Shown piece after piece: positions 57,575-64,000 of a stretch of DNA of 64,000 nucleotides (within the stretch, counting starts at the first letter, position 1; every line of letters starts with the position of its first letter). The DNA comes from a virus (lineage: Duplodnaviria > Caudoviricetes): IMG/VR virus record IMGVR_UViG_3300037467_003067, positions 160,001 to 224,000 of that record; one strand, 5' to 3'. Made by a program: the position numbers and the translations under genes. The notes beneath the pieces are model-generated. The model had not been told where the DNA came from, made no database searches, and worked only from the letters and a program-made list of their open reading frames with translations.

Positions 57575-59644
57575 ATGAGCAAAAATTTGATCAACATCAA
57601 TAACGCCTGTATCCCCAATAAGATATTGAGCGACACAATTTACCCCCTACTTAATAACGCTTTGTTGATCGAAGGACCGCAAGGACCATCGGGACCTCAA
57701 GGTGGTGGAGGCTCTTTGGAAATTGGAGGCGATATCATTGGGGGAACGGCATCATCTGTTCTCTTTGTGGGCAATTCTGGAATTCTCAATCAAGACACAT
57801 CAGGACTTGTTTACAACGTTAGCTCCAAGAGATTGGGTGTAGGTGTATCTTCTCCCACGGCAGCTTTACATGCGGCTTGCAGTTCATCATCCAGCAAAGC
57901 CGCTGTTTTTCAAGGTGCATCTGGACAATCTGCCAATATTACTGAAATTCAAAATAGCAATGGAGACATACTTCACAGTTTTGATGGCTCTGGCGTTACG
58001 ACTATCAACCACACTGCCGAGGGCGGCACATCCTACTTCAGTTATATAAATAACGTAAGTGAAAGCGCCGCGACGAGTGTTCCATTTCTTCAATCCTATG
58101 GCGGCACTCCATTTACCAATACTCCGATTGGCGGTGGCGCACCAACCTCTGTCATCGACAATGTTTTTGCACAGGGTTGGGAGCGTGTACCTGGGGAGCT
58201 ACCAGGATATACGGAGAATTGGGAACATTATTGGCACACCCAATACATGACCGAGCGTCATGGCAACTTCACATCTATTGACGGAACTGTCGCTTATCGT
58301 CCATGGTACTGGATTATCAACAATGAAACTTATCGTCTAAACCGAATTGATAGAGGATACATTTATGATTGGTTTGGACGATTAGGTACATTCCCACTTT
58401 TAAGAATCCTCACGAACGACAACGACTCTGGAAGTGTGATCATTCAGAACGACGGGACCGCCCCGCCTCTGCAAGTGACCAGTCCTGGAGGCAATGTTTC
58501 ATTCACTCTCAACCCAGATGGAGCTATCCTTGCCCAATGCGGCATCAATGCAACCTCTGATTCTCCTATCCATAACGGTGTAGGGCTATTCTCAATTGGA
58601 ACCTACTGGACGGGGAGTGCTTCTTCAGGAGCCACGACAGGAATACAAACAATTGTCGCTGGAAATAACGATTTTCATCTGCTGGCTACTTCTGGAAACG
58701 CCAATTACCGCTTCATGAATAATGGCAGAATTGGAGCCAATGTAACAACAGATCGTATAACAGAAAATATTGTTATGTCCCCTGGATATCTAGCCAGCAT
58801 CAATAACGATACTCCCGCTAATGCTACTTATCGTCTAATTGGCTTGAATGCTACAGATCAAGTGGACATTGACACAGATCGACGTGGAGTTGTATTTGGA
58901 ACTGGCATTCAATTTTCTGAGTCTGACTTTGGCAACGGTCGCATTCCCATAGTCACACTCGGCCTAACTGGAACCACAGGATCGCCTAACGGAATTGATG
59001 CAACGATTTCCACTTGGTTCCAAAGAAGGGTGGTTAGTCGAGAAATATGGATTGGAACTGACACCGACACAGGGGCCACACGCATCCAAGGATCGGGAGG
59101 TTTGACAGTAAGCTGTGGGGCTTCGGGTACGAATAATTCGTTATTCCTCTCCACCTCGGCAAATTATACCGTCGCCAATAGTTGCCGCATCCTCTTTGGA
59201 CCCCACTTCGGGTTCTTACCCGCTAACGCGAATTGCCCCTTCATGGAAGGATACAACGACCTTAGCTCAAATGGCGGCGTTGACGGTGGATTGAAGTTTG
59301 GAACCTATTATTCATCAGGCGATGGGCTGGCTGTTCGGCTGAAGATTTCTCCCATTGGATTTATTGGAATTCACGAGACATCTCCCGGTGGTCAACTCCA
59401 TGTTACCACCAGTTCCGCAACCACCATCGGAACGATTACCAGAGCCGCCCCGTCACAGACTGCAAATCTCTCCGAGTGGCAGGACAATAATGGCAATCCT
59501 TTATCTTCCATCAAGTTTAACGGGAGCTATGCGCCACCATCACTAGCCGACTCCGCAGCCGCAAACAATTCAATATATTACAGCACTACTCAATCGAAAC
59601 TATGCTACAAAGATCCAGGAGGAGTATCTAATCCACTTTACTAA
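57575..59644 (+). CDS. Tail fibre/adhesin-like protein
   Basis: GPQGPSGPQG collagen-like stretch; repeated G(V/I)G...P...LH and QSANITE/QTANLSE fibre motifs; Gly/Ser/Thr-rich. Confidence 0.7.
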   Translation: MSKNLININNACIPNKILSDTIYPLLNNALLIEGPQGPSGPQGGGGSLEIGGDIIGGTASSVLFVGNSGILNQDTSGLVYNVSSKRLGVGVSSPTAALHAACSSSSSKAAVFQGASGQSANITEIQNSNGDILHSFDGSGVTTINHTAEGGTSYFSYINNVSESAATSVPFLQSYGGTPFTNTPIGGGAPTSVIDNVFAQGWERVPGELPGYTENWEHYWHTQYMTERHGNFTSIDGTVAYRPWYWIINNETYRLNRIDRGYIYDWFGRLGTFPLLRILTNDNDSGSVIIQNDGTAPPLQVTSPGGNVSFTLNPDGAILAQCGINATSDSPIHNGVGLFSIGTYWTGSASSGATTGIQTIVAGNNDFHLLATSGNANYRFMNNGRIGANVTTDRITENIVMSPGYLASINNDTPANATYRLIGLNATDQVDIDTDRRGVVFGTGIQFSESDFGNGRIPIVTLGLTGTTGSPNGIDATISTWFQRRVVSREIWIGTDTDTGATRIQGSGGLTVSCGASGTNNSLFLSTSANYTVANSCRILFGPHFGFLPANANCPFMEGYNDLSSNGGVDGGLKFGTYYSSGDGLAVRLKISPIGFIGIHETSPGGQLHVTTSSATTIGTITRAAPSQTANLSEWQDNNGNPLSSIKFNGSYAPPSLADSAAANNSIYYSTTQSKLCYKDPGGVSNPLY

Positions 59645-59772
59645 TGTATTCGTGAGTTTTTTCGTCATATCGCAGAGGTTGGATCGTTCTCGTGTGCGGG
59701 GCTGTATGCGTGCGATCCGAAACCGGTGATCGAGGTGGTCATGGAAGTGACCAAGCAGGAGTTTGAAAAGCT

Positions 59773-59804
59773 GCGAAGCCCACGGGACATTCCGTGGGCT
59801 TCGC
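59773..59804. terminator. Hairpin between convergent genes
   Basis: GCGAAGCCCACGG...CCGTGGGCTTCGC. Confidence 0.6.
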
Positions 59805-59807
59805 TAG

Positions 59808-60275
59808 TCACTCGCCACCAGCGACAAATCTACCGCGTCGAACCATTGGACCAACGCTCGACCTGTCAGGTGCGAAGGCTAGTTGATTGTAGTTTGCACC
59901 GGGACCGCTGTGTCGTGAGAAGTGCGGAAATTCGGATGGCAATCCATTGTCGCCGTAATCGGACGGGACATGACCGGCATGAGGACCACGGCCCATTGAC
60001 GCAGCCTTGATTGGATTGGACGGCATCTCGGTTCCGTACTTCTTGTCCATGATCATGTCGATGATACGATATCGCAGTTTCTTTTCCTCTTGATCATCGT
60101 TGACCGTGTGGAGCTTATTCCAGAATTTGGCAGCCAGTGGTTTGGGGAGCATGTCGAGAAGTTGGTCGGTGTCGAGGTAGTGGAGATACGCCCAATGATT
60201 GGCGTAGTCGCTGTTGTTTTCTCGCATCGCCATATCATACTTCATTTGCTCATAGAATTGATAGAAAGATTGCAT
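59808..60275 (-). CDS. Hypothetical protein with capsid-targeting-like N-terminus
   Basis: Starts MQSFYQFYEQ; AGGA RBS. Confidence 0.65.
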   Translation of the reverse strand: MQSFYQFYEQMKYDMAMRENNSDYANHWAYLHYLDTDQLLDMLPKPLAAKFWNKLHTVNDDQEEKKLRYRIIDMIMDKKYGTEMPSNPIKAASMGRGPHAGHVPSDYGDNGLPSEFPHFSRHSGPGANYNQLAFAPDRSSVGPMVRRGRFVAGGE

Positions 60276-60339
60276 GAATTGGTTTCCTAAAGAGACTAGG
60301 TGATATTTTATATAGATTGGTATAATTATTTAATATATT

Positions 60340-60421
60340 GGTAGTGATCCGAAGTTGGCGAGGACACCCGCTTGAACCGGGCTGCCCGAAAGGGTTGAGA
60401 GGTCGGCACTCTCCGCTACCG
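60340..60421 (+). tRNA. tRNA-Ser(TGA), atypical T loop
   Basis: GGTAGTG/CGCTACC; CCCG-CTTGAAC-CGGG; long variable arm; T loop lacks TTC. Confidence 0.7.
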
Positions 60422-60445
60422 CTCTTATTTAGAAAGGACAAGATT

Positions 60446-60736
60446 ATGGCGGGCTATATTGCGTGCTATGAACACAGCGACAACGCGACTAAGAACAAGG
60501 CGGCGGCGATGGTCAAGGTGACATGCCAGACCGATTTCGCTGCTAAAACTGAGGAGTTCGTCAGTTTTTGTCAGCGGATTGCCAAGCTGGCGTGTGGGTT
60601 CCAGATCGAGGACACCAAGGCGTTCCTCGAAATCATCGAAAACGATTTCGAGGATCTTGCTGCTGATCTTGATGCTTTAAGAACTGACCTCAAAGAAAAC
60701 ATTGAAATTGCCGCAATCCGGGTCATGAAACTTTGA
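60446..60736 (+). CDS. Truncated elongation factor Ts-like protein
   Basis: GYIACYEH...MVKVTCQTDFAAKTEEF...LKENIEI matches the EF-Ts core (TDFV) subdomain; 96 aa. Confidence 0.75.
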   Translation: MAGYIACYEHSDNATKNKAAAMVKVTCQTDFAAKTEEFVSFCQRIAKLACGFQIEDTKAFLEIIENDFEDLAADLDALRTDLKENIEIAAIRVMKL

Positions 60737-60744
60737 AATTAATC

Positions 60745-60772
60745 TTGTAGCACATATCGATATGTGCTACAA
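60745..60772. repeat. Perfect loop-less 28-bp palindrome
   Basis: TTGTAGCACATATC|GATATGTGCTACAA. Confidence 0.85.
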
Positions 60773-60789
60773 TAATCAAATACAAAATT

Positions 60790-60885
60790 TCAACTCCGGA
60801 AGAAGCTGCTGAGGTATATGATAAAGCAGCACTGGAGAGATGGGGAGATAAAGCAGTGACTAATAAGTCCTTAGGGCTTTTATAA
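60790..60885 (+). pseudogene. AP2 DNA-binding domain remnant
   Basis: STPEEAAEVYDKAALERWGDKAVTN*; no in-frame ATG back to TAG at 60748. Confidence 0.65.
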
Positions 60886-60904
60886 TTTGCTGAATTAAAA
60901 TCAT

Positions 60905-60991
60905 AGTAGGAAGGCGAATGTTGGTTTGTCGCGACTAGTTGGAAGCTAGTTCCAGGTAACACTGGCAGCGGTTCAATTCCGCTTCCTACTG
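60905..60991 (+). tRNA. tRNA-Ser(GGA)
   Basis: AGTAGGA/TCCTACT; ACTAG-TTGGAAG-CTAGT; G73. Confidence 0.82.
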
Positions 60992-60995
60992 CTAA

Positions 60996-61088
60996 ACCCG
61001 ATAGGCGAATCGTTGGATAGTCGCGCCCAATTAACCCTTGGGTCCGTCTGAAATTACGGCGGGGCATGTTCGACTCATGTATCGGGTG
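60996..61088 (+). tRNA. Atypical tRNA: Ser-type body with AAC (Val) anticodon
   Basis: ACCCGAT/ATCGGGT acceptor; CCCAA-TTAACCC-TTGGG; long variable arm; TTCGACT T loop; G73. Confidence 0.65.
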
Positions 61089-61092
61089 TTAT

Positions 61093-61179
61093 GGGGGATA
61101 GGTGGATGTTGGTTTGCCTCACTTATTTCGAAAATAAGACCGTCTAATCGCGGCGCAAGTTCGATTCTTGTGTCCTCCG
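61093..61179 (+). tRNA. tRNA-Ser(CGA)
   Basis: GGGGGAT/GTCCTCC; CTTAT-TTCGAAA-ATAAG; G73. Confidence 0.8.
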
Positions 61180-61218
61180 CTTAAAGATTTGCCCTAGGAC
61201 ATGGAGGTCCTTAAATAA

Positions 61219-61722
61219 ATGATTAGAATTGCCGGACATGAATTCGCCCTCGAACTCGTCAAGCACGAGTTTCTGAGTGCGCTCATCCTCAACGACCCTG
61301 GCGACGTCTATAGAACGGTGCGACAGATACGAAGTATCGCCAGAGGCTCTCTCTATCTGGAGTTCTTCGACTTAAGCGAGGAACGCAAGACTCACCGAGG
61401 TCCCATCGCTGAGGATGTGGTCCATGCGATCGAGTGGTACAAGAAGATTCAGCGTGCGACCTGGAATGATGTCGTTGTGACCTGTACAGCAGGAATTTCC
61501 CGTAGTGCTGCGATGGCGTTTGTGTTAGAATGTGTGGACAAGACGCCGCAGGAAGCATCTCAAGTCTGGAATCCCCGTCTTCACTATCCCAACAAATTGA
61601 TTGTCCGTTTAGGTGCTGAAATTCTCAGCAAGCCGGACATGATCAAGGTCTGTGATGAGTTCTGGGATGAGCGGCTTCGGAGGCGGGCATCGAAGGGGAA
61701 ACCTGCCAAGGTCGATGTTTGA
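61219..61722 (+). CDS. Cys-based phosphatase (PTP/DSP-like)
   Basis: CTAGISRSAA (CX5R), FFD, YPN. Confidence 0.8.
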   Translation: MIRIAGHEFALELVKHEFLSALILNDPGDVYRTVRQIRSIARGSLYLEFFDLSEERKTHRGPIAEDVVHAIEWYKKIQRATWNDVVVTCTAGISRSAAMAFVLECVDKTPQEASQVWNPRLHYPNKLIVRLGAEILSKPDMIKVCDEFWDERLRRRASKGKPAKVDV

Positions 61723-61723
61723 C

Positions 61724-62140
61724 ATGTCTATCATATTTCAAACCGCCAGCGGGCATACAATAACTTTCAATGACCTAGGTAAATCGATATCAGGAGACGG
61801 TAAGATGTCTGAAGGTTCAGAGAAGGTGATTAAGCAGGGTGATTGGGTCCGAATTCTTCGCAACACTGTGGGGGCGATTAGTCCGCACAATGAGGGACAG
61901 ACTGCGGTCCCTTACGAGGGAATCAGGGTAGCAAAGGTCGAAGCCCGAAGCGGCAGGAACGGAGATCGCGAGACGGTCCTCTATTATATGGTAGGGAGGT
62001 CTTCGAGCTATCTGCCCGAGAAGGACGTGGAGAGGATCGAGGACTGTATCTGTGCTGGACCGGTCAAGAACGTGCTTGGCTGTCGGTGTGGATACGAGAC
62101 CATGAAGAACCATAAGGTAAAGAAAGCTCAAGGAAACTGA
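61724..62140 (+). CDS. Hypothetical protein (SH3/KOW-like)
   Basis: KQGDWVRI; start uncertain. Confidence 0.5.
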   Translation: MSIIFQTASGHTITFNDLGKSISGDGKMSEGSEKVIKQGDWVRILRNTVGAISPHNEGQTAVPYEGIRVAKVEARSGRNGDRETVLYYMVGRSSSYLPEKDVERIEDCICAGPVKNVLGCRCGYETMKNHKVKKAQGN

Positions 62141-62141
62141 G

Positions 62142-62573
62142 ATGAAAATCGTCATCAACGAGAAAGACATCAAGCGGCAGACGTTTCGCGCCGGTGGGAA
62201 GGGCGGGCAGCACCAGAACAAGACCGAGTCAGCGGTCAGGTTGACCCATATCCCCACCGGCATCATCGCCGAGTCGCGGGGCGAGCGGTGCCAGCATAAG
62301 AACAAGGAAATTGCCCTGAAGCTTTTGCTGGGCAAGATCCATCGCTACTACGAGGAGCAGGCGAATCGGAGTCAGCAGGACCAGTATAACTCCAAGGCAG
62401 ATGCGGCGTTCGGACAGCAGGTAAGGTCATACGTGTTACACGGCAAGACCCAGCAGGTGACCGATCACCGGACCGGGCACAAGGAGATGAATCCGGACCA
62501 GGTCTTACGCGGTGAGATCGACGGGTTCATCGAGGCATTTTTGAGGAAACAAATAAATGAAGGACGAGGATAA
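62142..62573 (+). CDS. Truncated peptide chain release factor (GGQ domain + RF2-like C-terminus)
   Basis: RAGGKGGQHQNKTESAVRLTHIPTG, QVRSYVL, DHRT, GEIDGFI; no N-terminal or codon-recognition domain. Confidence 0.9.
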   Translation: MKIVINEKDIKRQTFRAGGKGGQHQNKTESAVRLTHIPTGIIAESRGERCQHKNKEIALKLLLGKIHRYYEEQANRSQQDQYNSKADAAFGQQVRSYVLHGKTQQVTDHRTGHKEMNPDQVLRGEIDGFIEAFLRKQINEGRG

Positions 62574-62952
62574 GGAAACCTGGTCTGAATTTGTCCGTGG
62601 TTGTTTGGCATTTATCTGCTATTTTGGGATCATTGTAGTCGTGGGTACTTTTTACGAATTCTACTCCAGGGTCATGGGATTGATTTTCGGATATGGACCC
62701 GAAGTAATTGGTCGCAGTGCCAGTCGCAGTGTTCGGTACGATGCCGAGAAGGATGAAATGTCTTACGAGTGTGTATGTCATCGATATATACTCTATCGGG
62801 ATCGGCTAGGACGGGGGAGAATAGTCACGCAGATACTTAGTCCCTGGACGGATAAGGTCAAAGGTAAAACCACCCCTTATTTTCACCCGAGATTTGAAGA
62901 TGTTCAGCGATACACAGGCGAGACTCCCAAAGAAGTTGACGGGATGATATAG
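62557..62952 (+). CDS. Hypothetical membrane protein
   Basis: One TM segment. Confidence 0.55.
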   Translation: MKDEDKETWSEFVRGCLAFICYFGIIVVVGTFYEFYSRVMGLIFGYGPEVIGRSASRSVRYDAEKDEMSYECVCHRYILYRDRLGRGRIVTQILSPWTDKVKGKTTPYFHPRFEDVQRYTGETPKEVDGMI

Positions 62953-63036
62953 AATTTAGGACGAACTGCTGATGGGTTTGCATAGATAATTATGTAAATA
63001 ATAGCAGAGGCTATAACCATCAGTGGACGGATCTTT

Positions 63037-63327
63037 ATGAACATCAAAGTTAATTTACAGAAGCATGCGAAGTATGTCTACATTGCGGAGTGTGAGGGAT
63101 TGAAGGGTCACGCAATGGGTAGTGACCCTGAAGGCGCATTCTTGGCGATCGGTCATTTATTCCAGTTGATGCATGAGCAGGGCAAGGAATTGCCTTTCAA
63201 GATCGAGGAAGGTGTTGAATTGCGTCGGACTCGGGAAGAAACGAAAAGGCAATTGGTCAAAGAAAAGGAGAGCGAGATCGAGGCTGCCAAGCGGGTTCTG
63301 AGCGAGGCGGGATTCGATGTCGTCTAA
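63037..63327 (+). CDS. HicB-like fold small protein
   Basis: YIAECEGLKGHAMGSDPEGA...EQGKELP resembles HicB N-domain. Confidence 0.5.
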   Translation: MNIKVNLQKHAKYVYIAECEGLKGHAMGSDPEGAFLAIGHLFQLMHEQGKELPFKIEEGVELRRTREETKRQLVKEKESEIEAAKRVLSEAGFDVV

Positions 63328-63342
63328 CGTAGGATAAGTTTT

Positions 63343-63963
63343 GTGATAATCAAGGAAGATTATGTTTATCCACATATTGTGAAACCGGTTCGCGAGCGAT
63401 TTCGCTTATGCGGCGACAAGGACTGTTGGATAATCCGAATTGCCGATGATGAGTACGATATTTGTCGCGATCCGGTCATGTGGTCAAGCAGCAAGCCTGG
63501 GGAATATGGTCGAGGGATCATGAACAGCAGTGTCGATCCCAAGCGAGTCGAGCGGACGAGTCGGCTCGGGGAACTGGCATTTGCCAAGGTATTTCCCGGT
63601 CTTGGAATGAACATCCGCTACAAGAAGGGCGGGGACCGGTCCGATTTCCTGTTGGGGTGTTTCTCGGTTGACGTGAAAACGGCGGTCGAGAACAAGGGCG
63701 TGAACTGCATCCAGGTGGTCAATGATCGTGGGATCAGGACCGATCTGAAGTCGGACATCTATGTCGGTTCGTTCATTGAGAGGGACTTGAGGAATCACGG
63801 GTTCGCGGATGTGGTTTTGGTCGGCTGGACTTGGCGGGGTAGTCTTGAGGGGCTTCCCGACACTCGCGGGCGGCGGGGCAATTGGCTCAACAAGGAGATG
63901 ATGTTCGCTGATTTGAAGCCGATGGAAGGTCTCCATAAGGCACATAGGGCGCACATCGCTTGA
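63343..63963 (+). CDS. PD-(D/E)XK nuclease-like protein
   Basis: GELAF...SDF...VDVKT. Confidence 0.6.
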   Translation: MIIKEDYVYPHIVKPVRERFRLCGDKDCWIIRIADDEYDICRDPVMWSSSKPGEYGRGIMNSSVDPKRVERTSRLGELAFAKVFPGLGMNIRYKKGGDRSDFLLGCFSVDVKTAVENKGVNCIQVVNDRGIRTDLKSDIYVGSFIERDLRNHGFADVVLVGWTWRGSLEGLPDTRGRRGNWLNKEMMFADLKPMEGLHKAHRAHIA

Positions 63964-64000
63964 TTTCAGGTGAAAAATGCGAGCTTTGATCGCGGGCGGT

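Noticed and set aside
1-64000. Stop-codon reassignment (suggested by the release factor and tRNAs with TAG/TAA/TGA triplets)
   Set aside because: Conserved genes are intact in code 11 and use all three stops; TAG/TAA/TGA here are anticodons of Leu/Ser tRNAs, not suppressors (no CTA/TTA/TCA anticodon seen)

Overview
A 64-kb segment of a large (jumbo-type) T4-superfamily-like myovirus genome, read in the standard genetic code. Left (1-23 kb): virion morphogenesis genes (neck gp13/gp14-like, tail terminator gp15-like, sheath, two or three tail-tube paralogs, gp55-like late sigma, and a gp26/gp51-like chaperone with a -1 slippery site), plus a LAGLIDADG homing endonuclease. Middle (23-38 kb): RNA-ligase-like protein, DNA MTase, HJ resolvase, glutamine amidotransferase, PyrG, class II RNR and SbcCD (gp46/47). 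38-51 kb: an envelope module (two SBP-OmpA fusions, vWA, PspA-like protein, complete NitT/TauT-type ABC transporter, AAA+ ATPase). 51-64 kb: a translation region with GcvH, TyrRS, 14 tRNA/tRNA-like genes (Leu, Ser, Phe, Tyr and one atypical gene), truncated EF-Ts and a truncated GGQ release factor. The top finding sits just upstream of the tRNA array: a sigma70-type promoter, an unannotated 25-codon leader ORF (MLLSLLSLFSFSSLLYSNLSIGGIS) made mostly of the amino acids those tRNAs serve, and a strong intrinsic terminator. This looks like a ribosome-stalling attenuator that would switch on phage backup tRNAs when host Leu/Ser/Phe/Tyr decoding fails. All functional calls come from motif recognition by eye; no searches or folding programs were run.
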